A stretch of 64,000 bases of DNA from an uncultured bacterium (GTDB taxonomy: Bacteria; Krumholzibacteriota; Krumholzibacteriia; Krumholzibacteriales; Krumholzibacteriaceae). Location: the NCBI GenBank assembly GCA_963813815.1, contig CAWFAD010000008.1:64001-128000 (forward strand), given 5' to 3'. The position numbers and the translations under genes were made by a program. Of the stretch, positions 7,485 to 17,219 are shown piece by piece. Under the pieces are notes generated by a model. The model saw only the letters and a list, made by a program, of their open reading frames with translations. It had not been told where the DNA came from and ran no database searches. Positions within the stretch are counted from its first letter, which is position 1. Each line of letters starts with the position of its first letter.

Positions 7485-8579
7485 TCAAACGTTGAATCTG
7501 AAATCGATGATGTCGCCGTCCCGGACGACGTAGTGCTTTCCCTCGAGACGCAGCAATCCCTTCGAGCGAGCCACGGAGAGGCTCCCGGCCTCGACGAAAT
7601 CGTCGTAGGAGACGACCTCCGCGCGGATGAAGCCCCGCTCGATGTCGGAGTGGATCTTTCCGGCGGCCAGCCGCGCCGGCACTCCCTTTCTCACCGTCCA
7701 GGCGCGCACCTCGTCCTCGCCGACCGTCAGGAAGGAGACGAGCCCGAGCATGTCGTACGACTCGCGGATCATGCGCTCACGCGCCGAGACGGCGACGCCG
7801 AGGTCCTTCAGAAAAACCGCGGCGTCCTCGGGGGGGAGCTGGGATATTTCCATCTCGATCTTCCCCGAGAGAACGATCGGGTCGACGGGCGCGTCCGTAA
7901 AGCGGGCGGTCCTGCCTCGAATCGCCGCGCGCCAGGCGTCGCTCTTCGCGCTCGAGAGATCCTCCTCGGCGACGTTGATGACCGCCATCACGGGGAGCAT
8001 CGATATGAAATCGAGGTGCCGCAGGGCGGCCCGTTCCGCCTCGTCGAGCGCGAGATAGCGGAGCGGCATCTCCCGCTCGAGCGCGTCCCGGCACGTGCGG
8101 ACGGCGGCCTCTTCCTCGCGTCTCGCGGGCTTCCCTTTTCTCGCGGATTCCTCCATGGCGGCAATGCGCTTCTCGGCGAGGTCGAGATCGAAGAGCACGA
8201 GCTCGGCTTCGAGCGTATCGAAGTCGCGGACCGGATCGACGGCGCCGAGGGGATGCGCCACGTGCTCCCCCTCGAACCCGCGGAGCACGTACACGAGCGC
8301 GTCCGCGTCCTTGATGAAGCCGATGACCTTCCGGTTCTGCTCGGCGTCTCCCCGCGAGAGCCCGAGGTAATCCATGTATTCGACCCGGGTGCGGGTCGTC
8401 TTCTTCGGCTTGAAAATCTTGGCGAGCTCGTCGATGCGCCGGTCGGGCACGCTGATGACGGCCACGTTGGGCCCCTCCTCGATCGCCGCGTAGTTCGTCG
8501 TCGCGGCCGCCTGGCCGGTCAGGCTGTTGAAGAGGGTCGTCCGACCCGAATTCGAGATGCCCACGAGCGCGAGCTTCAT
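7485..8579 (-). CDS. ychF: YchF/Obg-like ATPase (DUF933 C-terminal domain)
   Basis: P-loop GISNSGRTT; VPDRRIDEL; NVAE G4; FLTVGEDEVRAW, AGKIHSDIERGFIRAEV, EGKHYVVRDGDII. Confidence 0.9.
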   Translation of the reverse strand: MKLALVGISNSGRTTLFNSLTGQAAATTNYAAIEEGPNVAVISVPDRRIDELAKIFKPKKTTRTRVEYMDYLGLSRGDAEQNRKVIGFIKDADALVYVLRGFEGEHVAHPLGAVDPVRDFDTLEAELVLFDLDLAEKRIAAMEESARKGKPARREEEAAVRTCRDALEREMPLRYLALDEAERAALRHLDFISMLPVMAVINVAEEDLSSAKSDAWRAAIRGRTARFTDAPVDPIVLSGKIEMEISQLPPEDAAVFLKDLGVAVSARERMIRESYDMLGLVSFLTVGEDEVRAWTVRKGVPARLAAGKIHSDIERGFIRAEVVSYDDFVEAGSLSVARSKGLLRLEGKHYVVRDGDIIDFRFNV

Positions 8580-8708
8580 GACGTCTTTCTCCCGGGGACT
8601 CCGGAAACGACGAGCCGAGAGATTCTCCATCGGCCCTAAAATACTGAAATCTAACTTCTTTTTCGGAATTCGCAAGCGTTAAGGAAGGCCGCTTCGGGCG
8701 GAGCGGGG

Positions 8709-9866
8709 CTATCCTCCCGACCGTTTTCTCTTGCGGGCGAGAAGCGTCTGGTAGGCCTCGCCGACCCGCCGCGCGACGCTCTCGATGCCGAAACGCTCCT
8801 CGGCTACGGCCGCGGCCGCGGCCCCGAGGGAGCCCCGGAGCGCGGAATCTCCGAGAAGCCGGGATATCGCGTCCGCCGCCGCGACGGGGTCGCCCGGCGG
8901 CACTAGAATGCCGGTCTCGCCGTCCGTGATCGCGTCGGGTATCCCCCCGACGGAGGTCGCGACGATCGCCTTCCCAGCCGCCATCGCCTCGAGGAGCGAC
9001 ACGGGAAGGCCTTCCCGGATGGAGGTCAGCGCGAACACGTCGGCCGCCGCCAGAAAATCGGGAATATCGGTCCGGGCGCCGGCGAGAGCGACGGCGCCGG
9101 CGGCGCCGAACCGCTCGATCGCGGCCACCGCGTCGTCCCTCGCGCTCCCCTCGCCGACAATGAGGCACCGCGCGTCGGGGAACCGAGAACGCAGCAGAGA
9201 AACCGCCTCCACGAGGGTCGCGTAGCTCTTCGCCGGCACGAGGCGGCCGACCGCGAGCACGAGCCGGTCATTCGGCTCCCAGCCGAACTCGGCCATGACG
9301 TCCGCCTTGCCGCGCAGCGTCTTCCGGACGGAGGCCGAATCGACGCCGTTCGGAATGTACGCGAGCTTGTCCGGGGGCGTGCCCTCGCGGCGGCGCCGGA
9401 TCTCGATGATGTCGCGGCTCACGCAGATCCTGAGATCGGTCGCGGGCATGAGGAGCCGCTCGAGGAGAAGGTGCGGTTTCGATTTCCAGAGGTGCTTTCC
9501 GTGCTCGGTCGTGACGACGACGGGGACTCGAGCGATCGCTCCCGCGATTCGTCCCAGCACGTCCGCGAGCGAGAGATGGCAGTGCAGAACGTCGAATCGC
9601 CCGCGCTCGAGGTAACGAGCGAGCCGCAGGAGAGCGAACGGCAGGCTTCTCATGCGGAATTGAAGAACCTCATAGCCGTCCGCGAGCTCGCGCGCCCGCC
9701 TCTCCCACTCGGGGTCGCCCACCTTGAGGCAGCAGAGCGACACGTCGAACCGCGATCGATCGAGCCGCTCGAGGAGCTGCATGACGTGCGTCTCCGCTCC
9801 CCCGATACCGAGCCGCGGCAGGAGCAGGCACACGCGGATTTTTCCGGCGGCGGGGTCCTCCGGCAT
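8709..9866 (-). CDS. Glycosyltransferase family 4
   Basis: GGAE, TEHG, IPNGVD, EGLPVSLLEAMAAG. Start chosen after SD AAGGA; an upstream TTG at 9896 is also possible. Confidence 0.92.
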   Translation of the reverse strand: MPEDPAAGKIRVCLLLPRLGIGGAETHVMQLLERLDRSRFDVSLCCLKVGDPEWERRARELADGYEVLQFRMRSLPFALLRLARYLERGRFDVLHCHLSLADVLGRIAGAIARVPVVVTTEHGKHLWKSKPHLLLERLLMPATDLRICVSRDIIEIRRRREGTPPDKLAYIPNGVDSASVRKTLRGKADVMAEFGWEPNDRLVLAVGRLVPAKSYATLVEAVSLLRSRFPDARCLIVGEGSARDDAVAAIERFGAAGAVALAGARTDIPDFLAAADVFALTSIREGLPVSLLEAMAAGKAIVATSVGGIPDAITDGETGILVPPGDPVAAADAISRLLGDSALRGSLGAAAAAVAEERFGIESVARRVGEAYQTLLARKRKRSGG

Positions 9867-9898
9867 CGAATCCTTCATTCGTCGTTCGAGAGACAATA

Positions 9899-12150
9899 TC
9901 AGCGCAACAATATGAGCTTCTTGGCCTCGACTTGACCCTCGGCGATGAAGCTCGCGAAATACACTCCGCTCGCGAGCCGCGTTCCCGCGTCGTTCATTCC
10001 GTCCCAGCTCGCGGTGTGCGGCCCGGCCTCGGTCGTCCTGTCCGCGACGAGCGTTCTCACCCTGCGCCCCGCGACGTCGTAGATCGCGAGCGTCACCCTG
10101 GCGCGCTTCGCCAGATAATATTCGATGGTCGTCGCGGGATTGAACGGGTTCGGATAGGAGCCCCGGAGCATCGTCCGGCTTCCTCCATCGGGAAGATCGT
10201 GGCCCGTCGCGTCATCCGCGATGCCCGCGAGTCGAATGTCCCTGCACCGGAAGCCCTGATCGTCGACCGTAACGACCTCCATGAGGTACAGACCGCCCGG
10301 GAAGGGCGAGGTGTCCCACCGAAGCGTGTCCACGAGACCGTTGCCGCGGACCGGCCCGGAGGCGACAAGCAACCACGGCGCGCGATCGGCCGTCCCGAGC
10401 GAGCTTCTCGCGAGCGGGGAAGGCACCGGCGCGCCCTCGGGCGGCGAAACCTTGATGTACCCGGCCACCTTGGCGTCCCCTCCCGCCCCATTGAGATCGT
10501 ACCCCTCGGTCGACGGCTGACCCCCCCCGCCCGCGTCGAGCGGGTAGTCGTTGTCGGCCTGCGCGCCTCCGCCCCACGGATCCATGAAGTCGATACGCGT
10601 CTCGGGCGTTCCGGTGTAGTCCGAGTGCGTCGAGCCGAGGGTCACGGCGTGGGCGCTGGTGTCGCCGGCGGCCGTCGTGTCCTCGAGAATCACGATCACG
10701 TCCTCGCTGTCTGATTCGAACTCGCGGAACATTTCAGCGAGATCGGTGGCGTCGTCCACCGGGTGCCAATCGACCGCCCAGCCGCTCTCGCCGTGGCCCT
10801 GGAGGTAGCCGCCGATTCCGGCGACCATATTATCGGGGGTCGTTCCTTTACTCGTCGTTCCCATGGCGCCCTGCAGCTCCCTCGCCATATCCTCGCCGCT
10901 CATCTCGGGCCTCGCCTCGTCCCCGCCCACGTTATCGAGACCGGGATACCCCTTGCCGGCGAAGTACTTGAGACACGACGCCGCGGCCGCCGGCCCGCAC
11001 GACACCGAATCGAGATCTGTTCCGAGCCCGAGCTGGTCGACCGGGGTGAGCGCCCTCTCGAAATCCTTCTGCAGCGGGAACACCCAGATCTCGCTCATGC
11101 CGGGCGCCGGGAGCTCGTCGAAGAGCTGGTAGGTGACGTCGAAAAACGAATCGACGTCGTAATGCCCGATCGAGTCGCGTTGATGTCGAAGAACGAAGGG
11201 ATCGGCGGAGTCGGATCGACCCAAACGTCGACCGTATCCTTGAAAACCCCGTACGGAGGGATCAGGAGCGCCGCTTCGAACTGAACGCACTGGCCCTCGA
11301 AGGGCTCAGAGCCCGGGTCGAAATACGCGGACCACCCGTCGCCCGAGCCCATCGGTTGAATCGTCGACAAGGCGCGAGCCGAGCCGTCCGTATCGACGTG
11401 GAACGGAACGAAAGGCCCCAAATCGCCGCAGGGCCGGTAGCTGAAAATGGCCTCCTCCGCGCTGTAGTCTCCGGCGAGACCCGCCGACATGTGGATCATC
11501 CCGTCCTCGCCGACGATCGCCACCTCGGAGAGGTAGGCGGTCGAAACGGAGAGACGGACCTCGGGCTCGTAATGCGGGATCATCTCGTGCTCGATCGACA
11601 GCACCATGGCGGCGGTAGATCCGTCGCCGCGCAAAAGCGGAACGGGCGGCATGCCCGGCTCCGATTCGAAGCGGTCGAAATAGGGCGGCCAGCCGCGCGG
11701 CAATCCGAAGGTGCGGACCGGGACGCCGAAACTCAGCGTGTCCTTCGGAAAACGCTCGGGAATCACCATCTCGAAGGTGACGTCGAAGAAGCTCTCGACC
11801 CACGGCTCGGGATCGAGGAGATACGCCTTGCCCATGATGGGAAAGCCGGGAAGCTCCCTTCCCCAAACGCCGCTCCTGTTCCGCAAACGGATGGTATCGA
11901 TTCTCGAGTCGATCTCGAGATGCGGCGGGAAGAGCGGCGAGGGGTAGGGTGCGAGCCATTTCAGCTCGGCCGGCCCCCAGAGCCTGACGGTGTCCTGAAT
12001 GCCGAGCTCCGGGTAATCGATGAGCATCGTCATTCGCCAGTCGACCGTGGTCTCCTGCGGGCGCACCGCGGCCGGGAACAAGGCGCTCTGAAGAATCAAC
12101 ATCCCCACTGATGCGGCGAGAACGCAAACGGCCTTTCCCCTGATGTCCAT
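9899..12150 (-). CDS. Secreted protein with C39-like papain-fold peptidase domain and C-terminal FlgD-Ig/T9SS-like sorting domain (one base missing near 11179)
   Basis: Signal peptide; SCGPAAAASCLKYF, AHAVTLG and FMDPWG triad-like motifs; YPNPFNPATTI...SGVYF...KKLILLR. ORFs 11095-12150 and 9899-11290 join at FDIN|DSIGH. Confidence 0.7.
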
Positions 12151-12204
12151 GGATCGACCTCCCCTAATCGGCGCGAGCCGGACGAAGCCTGCGTGACCGG
12201 CGCA

Positions 12205-12213
12205 ATTATAGCA
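12205..12213 (-). promoter_or_regulatory. Extended -10 promoter (TGcTATAAT)
   Basis: Perfect TGnTATAAT 55 nt upstream of ATG 12150. Confidence 0.5.
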
Positions 12214-12304
12214 CGGGAAGGGCGGGAAACTCCACCGGTTAACGGCGCATGGCGGACGCGTCCATCGCGTTCATTTGCAACGGGCTCGACGCCCCATTCT
12301 CGTC

Positions 12305-12333
12305 TTGACTCGCCGCGCGAGGCGGAGCATACT
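12305..12333 (+). promoter_or_regulatory. sigma70 promoter of ompA-like gene
   Basis: TTGACT-17 bp-CATACT, followed by SD AGGAGGT. Confidence 0.55.
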
Positions 12334-12358
12334 GTCTCCCGGAAAAAGGAGGTCAGAC

Positions 12359-13027
12359 ATGAGAAACGTCATAGTAATGGTCCTTCTCGCCGCGATGCTG
12401 GCCGGCGTCCACGAGTCGTGCGGCCTCAGCAAGACGGTGCAGGGCACGGCCATCGGCGCCGCGGCGGGCGGCGTGGTGGGAGGCATCATCGGCAAGCAGA
12501 CGGGGAACACCGCGGCGGGCGCCATCATCGGCGCGGCCGTCGGCGGAGCCGCCGGAGCCTACATCGGGAACTACATGGACAAGCAGGCGGAAGAGATGCA
12601 GCGCGACCTCGAGGGCGCGACGATCGAGCGCGTCGGCGAGGGCATCATGATCACGTTCGACTCGGGCATCCTCTTCGACGTCGACAAGGCGGCGCTCAAG
12701 GTCGACGCGCAGGCGAATCTCGACAAGCTCGCCGTCATCCTCAACAAGTACTCCGACACGAACATCATGGTCGACGGGCACACCGACGCGACGGGCTCGG
12801 AGGAATACAACCTGAAGCTCTCCCAGAGCAGATCGCAGTCGGTCGCGAACTACCTCGCGGGACTGCAGGTGATCCCTACCCGCATGACGATCATGGGGTA
12901 CGGCGAATCGCGGCCGGTCGCGCCGAACGAGACCGAGGAGGGGCGGACCCTGAACCGCCGCGTCGAGGTCGGCATCATGGCGAACGACAAGCTGAAAGAG
13001 GCGGCCGAAAAGAGCGCCGCGGGCTGA
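12359..13027 (+). CDS. OmpA family protein with glycine zipper
   Basis: GAAAGGVVGGIIG glycine zipper; GHTDATGS..YNLKLS, GYGESRP and NRRVE peptidoglycan-binding motifs. Confidence 0.93.
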   Translation: MRNVIVMVLLAAMLAGVHESCGLSKTVQGTAIGAAAGGVVGGIIGKQTGNTAAGAIIGAAVGGAAGAYIGNYMDKQAEEMQRDLEGATIERVGEGIMITFDSGILFDVDKAALKVDAQANLDKLAVILNKYSDTNIMVDGHTDATGSEEYNLKLSQSRSQSVANYLAGLQVIPTRMTIMGYGESRPVAPNETEEGRTLNRRVEVGIMANDKLKEAAEKSAAG

Positions 13028-13109
13028 CGGTTTCGGAACGCCTTGCATGACGAGCGACGGCCGGGAGCCCTCGGGGCGCCCGGCTGTTCGCATGTTCGCC
13101 ATTTCTCGA

Positions 13110-13138
13110 TTGACACGCCGGTGCCCACGTCCTAGCAT
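13110..13138 (+). promoter_or_regulatory. sigma70 promoter upstream of the cobalamin riboswitch
   Basis: TTGACA-17 bp-TAGCAT. Confidence 0.7.
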
Positions 13139-13150
13139 TCGACCACACAT

Positions 13151-13311
13151 ATTCCTCAGGTGCTCGCGAGGAGCCGAACAGGGAAGAGGGTGAGAATCCC
13201 TCACGGACCCGCCACTGTGAATGGCGAGCCTCCCGCCCGAAACCACTGGCGTAACGCTGGGAAGGGGGCGGGGGCGACGGAGCCACAAGTCAGGAGACCT
13301 GCCTGAGGAAT
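13151..13311 (+). ncRNA. Cobalamin (AdoCbl) riboswitch
   Basis: P1 ATTCCTCAGG/CCTGAGGAAT; AGGGAA, GGTGAGAATCC, CCCGCCACTGTGA, CCACTG...GGGAAGG; B12 box AGTCAGGAGACCTGCC; directly precedes a TonB-dependent receptor. Confidence 0.95.
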
Positions 13312-13351
13312 CCAACGGCATCGAAACTCACGATGGTGGAGGTTTCGCCGC

Positions 13352-15238
13352 ATGACTCATCACCGACCCGCTAGAATTCTCTTCGCGCTCGCGCTTCTCT
13401 CCTCCCCCGCCGGAGGAGCGCGCGGCGAGCCCGCCGGCGACGGCGAGAAGACGTACCCCGGCCCCGAGATCGTCGTCACCGCGACGCGCATCGAGTGGCC
13501 CGTCGAAAAGACCGCGGGGTTCATCACCGTCATCACGAGGGACGACATCCGCGCCCGCCGCGCGGAGACCGTCGCCGACGCGCTCCGTGCCGTTCCCTCC
13601 CTCGCCGTGGCGCGATCCGGGAGCGCGGGCAAGGCGACGAGCATCTTCATGAGAGGCGCGGCGAGCAACCACGTCCTCGTCATGCTCGACGGAGTGCCGC
13701 TCAACGATCCGACGACGGGGGCTTTCGACTTCTCCGACCTCTCGACCGCGGGGGTCGAGCGCATCGAGATCGTGCGGGGAGCGCACGGCGTGCTCTACGG
13801 CTCGAGCGCGATCGGCGGCGTGGTCAACATCATCACGCACGCGAAGCGCTCCGGCGCCCGGCGGAGCCTCACCGCCGCGGCGGGCTCGCTCGGGAGCGCC
13901 GAGGGGGCCGTCGCGATCTCCGGGGGCGGCGCCTCGCACAGCTACTCGTACTCGCTCTCCGGCATGAAAACCGACGGCAGGACGGACAACGACTTTCACC
14001 GCCACGGAGCCTTTTCCGGCTCCGTCTCGACGGCGGTCACGGAGGCCGCGGACGTCTCGCTCAGCCTTCGCTGGAGCAGGGCGAGCACGGGGCTCAGCGG
14101 TCCGAGCTTCGACGGGGATCCCAACGCCCGGCAGGGCGGCGGCTCGTTCGTTTCGGCCGCGAACTACCGCCAGATCGTCAGCGGCTCCTGGAGCCACGAG
14201 GTCCGCGCCTCGTTTCTCTCGCGCGAGATCACGTGGAACGATCCCGTCGACCCGGCGGAGACGGATGAGTACGCGGGCGACGCCTTCTCGGAGATCAGCT
14301 CGAACGCGGCGAGCGCCGCCTGGCAGAACAATCTGCGGCTCGGCGAAGAGCTCTGGATCACCTCGGGCGCCGAATGGCGGGAGGAGCGGACGACGAACAG
14401 CGGTTACTCCCCCTTCGGCACGACGAGCTTCGACGACCGGATACGCAACGCGAGCGCGTTCGCGAACTGCATCGCCGACCGCGAGCGGCTCCCGACCATC
14501 TCCGCCGGCGCGCGCCTCGACGATCACAGCGAGTTTGGCTCGGTCGCGACGTGGCGGTGCTCCGCCTCGTACGCCGTTCCCCGCGTTGGAACGACGATCA
14601 AGGCCTCGGCCGGCACGGGGCTCCGCGCCCCGAGCCTGAACGAGCTCTACTACCCGGGCTACGGCAACCCCGCGCTCGTCCCCGAGCACAGCCGCGGCTG
14701 GGACTGCGGCGCGCGGCAGGATTTTTTCTCGGGCCGCGCGAGCGTCGAGGCGTCGTACTTCAACAACGAATACCGCGACATGATTTCGTTCGACTTCGCG
14801 ACCTTCATGGCGGGCAACATCTACGAGGCCTCGAGCGACGGCGTGGAGCTTCGCGCGGGGCTCCGGCCGAGCGGCGGAATCGCCGTCGAAGGGTACTACG
14901 CCTACACGCGGACCGAAGACCGCTCCACCGGCGAGTGGCTCCTCCGCCGTCCGCGGCACGCGGGCGGGGCGACCGTGGCGTGGGACGCGGGCCCGGTCGA
15001 GATGTTCGTCTCGGCGGCGGTCTCCGGCAGGCGGCTCGACAACGATTTCGGCGGTCCCCTCGGGGAGCATTACACGGAGGCCTACACGCTCCTCGACGCG
15101 GCGATCGCGTGGCGGCCCGCGCGGGGGTACGAGGTGTTTTGCCGGGGAGGCAACCTCCTCGACGAGCGGTACGACGAGGTCGCGGGGTATCCGGCGCCGG
15201 CGAGGTCGTTCGCCGTGGGGACGACGGTGGAATTCTGA
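13352..15238 (+). CDS. btuB: TonB-dependent receptor, BtuB-like cobalamin transporter
   Basis: TonB box EIVVTATR; plug IFMRG...VMLDGV, ERIEIVRG, LYGSSAIGGVVNIIT; C-terminal F; riboswitch upstream. Confidence 0.88.
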   Translation: MTHHRPARILFALALLSSPAGGARGEPAGDGEKTYPGPEIVVTATRIEWPVEKTAGFITVITRDDIRARRAETVADALRAVPSLAVARSGSAGKATSIFMRGAASNHVLVMLDGVPLNDPTTGAFDFSDLSTAGVERIEIVRGAHGVLYGSSAIGGVVNIITHAKRSGARRSLTAAAGSLGSAEGAVAISGGGASHSYSYSLSGMKTDGRTDNDFHRHGAFSGSVSTAVTEAADVSLSLRWSRASTGLSGPSFDGDPNARQGGGSFVSAANYRQIVSGSWSHEVRASFLSREITWNDPVDPAETDEYAGDAFSEISSNAASAAWQNNLRLGEELWITSGAEWREERTTNSGYSPFGTTSFDDRIRNASAFANCIADRERLPTISAGARLDDHSEFGSVATWRCSASYAVPRVGTTIKASAGTGLRAPSLNELYYPGYGNPALVPEHSRGWDCGARQDFFSGRASVEASYFNNEYRDMISFDFATFMAGNIYEASSDGVELRAGLRPSGGIAVEGYYAYTRTEDRSTGEWLLRRPRHAGGATVAWDAGPVEMFVSAAVSGRRLDNDFGGPLGEHYTEAYTLLDAAIAWRPARGYEVFCRGGNLLDERYDEVAGYPAPARSFAVGTTVEF

Positions 15239-15329
15239 CGGGCGCCGTGGTATACTGCCCGAGCCCGCTTCGCGCGGGTCTTCAGCCGGCGCGGCGCCGG
15301 CGTTCGCGAATCACGAAAGGGGGACCGCC

Positions 15330-15533
15330 ATGGCAGTCGCACGGGTAACCGAGATCGTCGCGTCCTCGCCGAAGGGTTGGGCCGAGGCGGCTCAGGAGGG
15401 CTTCAGGCGCGCGGGCAAGACGCTCCGCGGCATCACCGGTCTCGAGGTCGTCAAGCAGACCGCCCACATCGAGGGCGGCAAGATCGTCGAGTACCGCGTG
15501 ACGATGCGCTTGATCTTCGTTCTCGAGGAATAG
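15330..15533 (+). CDS. Dodecin family flavin-binding protein
   Basis: 67 aa, VARVTEIVASS...A.KTLRGI...EYRV.M...FVLE; extended -10 TGGTATACT at 15248. Confidence 0.9.
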   Translation: MAVARVTEIVASSPKGWAEAAQEGFRRAGKTLRGITGLEVVKQTAHIEGGKIVEYRVTMRLIFVLEE

Positions 15534-15592
15534 GCGCGCCCGCGTACGGACCGCGGCCTTCGAGCGAGCCCGGCCCCTCGGCCGGGCTCGTT

Positions 15593-16270
15593 TCACGTCT
15601 GCGACCGGTAGTCCTCGGCGTGGTGCCTCACGATGACGCCCTCCACCATGTAGATCACGTCTTCGGCGACGTTCGTCGCGTGATCGGCGATGCGCTCGAG
15701 GTGGCGCGAGCACGAGAGGAGATGGATGAGGCTTTCGAGCTGCTCGGGCCTCCGGCGGATGGCCTCCTGGATGCGGACGTACATGTCGCGGTTCATGGCG
15801 TCCACCTCGTCGTCGGCGACGAGCACCTCGCGGGCGAGCACCGAATCGCGGTTGATGAGCGCGTCGAGGCTCCGCCGGAGCATTCCCTTCGTTTTCTCGG
15901 CCATGAGCGGCAGATCGAGCGGGATCTCGGGGCGCTCGCGCGAGGCGAGAAACACCGCGCGCTCGGCGATGTTGACCGCGAGATCGCCCATCCGCTCAAG
16001 GTCGTTGTTGATCTTGAGAATGGCGACGATGAATCGCAGATCCCCGGCGACGGGCTGATGCAGCGCGAGCACCTTGAGACATTCCTCCTCGATGAGGATC
16101 TCGGTCTGATCGACGTCGCGGTCGTCCGACGCGATGACCTCTTCCGCGAGGGACGAGTCGCGATCGGTGAGCGCGCGGACCGCCTTGTAGACGTTGTCCT
16201 CGACGGTGGCGCTCAGCGCGAGCACCCGCTTTTTGAGAATACTGATTTCACGTTCCAGATGTTTGGGCAC
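15593..16270 (-). CDS. phoU: Phosphate signalling protein PhoU
   Basis: QPVAGDLR, DLERMGDLAVNIAE, LERIADHATNVAE. Confidence 0.96.
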   Translation of the reverse strand: MPKHLEREISILKKRVLALSATVEDNVYKAVRALTDRDSSLAEEVIASDDRDVDQTEILIEEECLKVLALHQPVAGDLRFIVAILKINNDLERMGDLAVNIAERAVFLASRERPEIPLDLPLMAEKTKGMLRRSLDALINRDSVLAREVLVADDEVDAMNRDMYVRIQEAIRRRPEQLESLIHLLSCSRHLERIADHATNVAEDVIYMVEGVIVRHHAEDYRSQT

Positions 16271-16326
16271 GATTCACTCCGTCCGGTTGGATTGTTTCGC
16301 CGCCGCGGGGCGGCGCCCGCCGCTCA

Positions 16327-17160
16327 TCAGCCGAAGCGGCCCGTGATGTAGTCTTCCGTGTGCTTCTCTTTCGGCTTCGTGAACACCCGATCGGTGTTGC
16401 CGAATTCTATCAGACGCCCCTCGTAAAAGTAAGCCGTCATGTCGGAGACGCGCGCGGCCTGCTGCATGTTGTGCGTGACGATCACGATCGTGTAATCGCC
16501 CCGCAGCTCGCCGATGAGATCCTCTATCCGGGCGGTCGAGCGCGGATCGAGGGCCGAGGCCGGCTCGTCCATGAGGAGAATTTTCGGATTCACGGCGATC
16601 GCGCGCGCGATGCAGAGCCGCTGCTGCTGGCCGCCCGAGAGCCCGAGGGCGTTATCCGCCAGCCGGTCCTTGACCTCGTCCCAGAGAGCGGCGCGCCTGA
16701 GGCTGCGCTCGACGGTCTCCGCGATTTTCGACCGGTCCCCCGTCCCGTGGATGCGCGGACCGAAGGCGACGTTGTCGAATATGCTCTTCGGGAACGGGTT
16801 CGGCTTCTGAAACACCATCCCGACCATCTTGCGCAGCGACACGACGTCGACGTCGGCGTCGTAGAGGCTCTGGCCGTCGAGGGCGAGCGAGCCGGCCGCC
16901 CTGCAGCCCGGGATGAGATCGTTCATGCGGTTGATGGCCCGCAGAAACGTGCTCTTGCCGCAGCCGCTCGGACCGATGATCGCCGTCACGAGGCCCGCGG
17001 GAATGTCGAACGAGGCCGCGTCGACGGCCGCCTTCGATCCGTAGAAGACCGAAAAATCCCGGGACGCGATGAGCGTCCGCGCCTCCGGCGCCGTCTCGCC
17101 GGCCCCCAGGGTCCGGGCCGGCCTCGTCGGCGGCCCCGTCGGATTGCTCTGTGCAGTCAC
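16327..17160 (-). CDS. pstB: Phosphate ABC transporter ATPase
   Basis: [40 protein letters not shown]. Confidence 0.97.
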   Translation of the reverse strand: MTAQSNPTGPPTRPARTLGAGETAPEARTLIASRDFSVFYGSKAAVDAASFDIPAGLVTAIIGPSGCGKSTFLRAINRMNDLIPGCRAAGSLALDGQSLYDADVDVVSLRKMVGMVFQKPNPFPKSIFDNVAFGPRIHGTGDRSKIAETVERSLRRAALWDEVKDRLADNALGLSGGQQQRLCIARAIAVNPKILLMDEPASALDPRSTARIEDLIGELRGDYTIVIVTHNMQQAARVSDMTAYFYEGRLIEFGNTDRVFTKPKEKHTEDYITGRFG

Positions 17161-17219
17161 TTCGCGAACCTCCGCATCGAACGCCCGCGAGCCGCCGCGG
17201 CCGCGGGCGGTGTGCCGTC

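Noticed and set aside
7054..7533. Poly-Cys ORF (CCCICCCCCCC) and Leu/His ORF 7077-7319 on the + strand
   Set aside because: Antisense shadows of the CAG-rich polyQ gene. The minus-strand frame has the SD and signal peptide.
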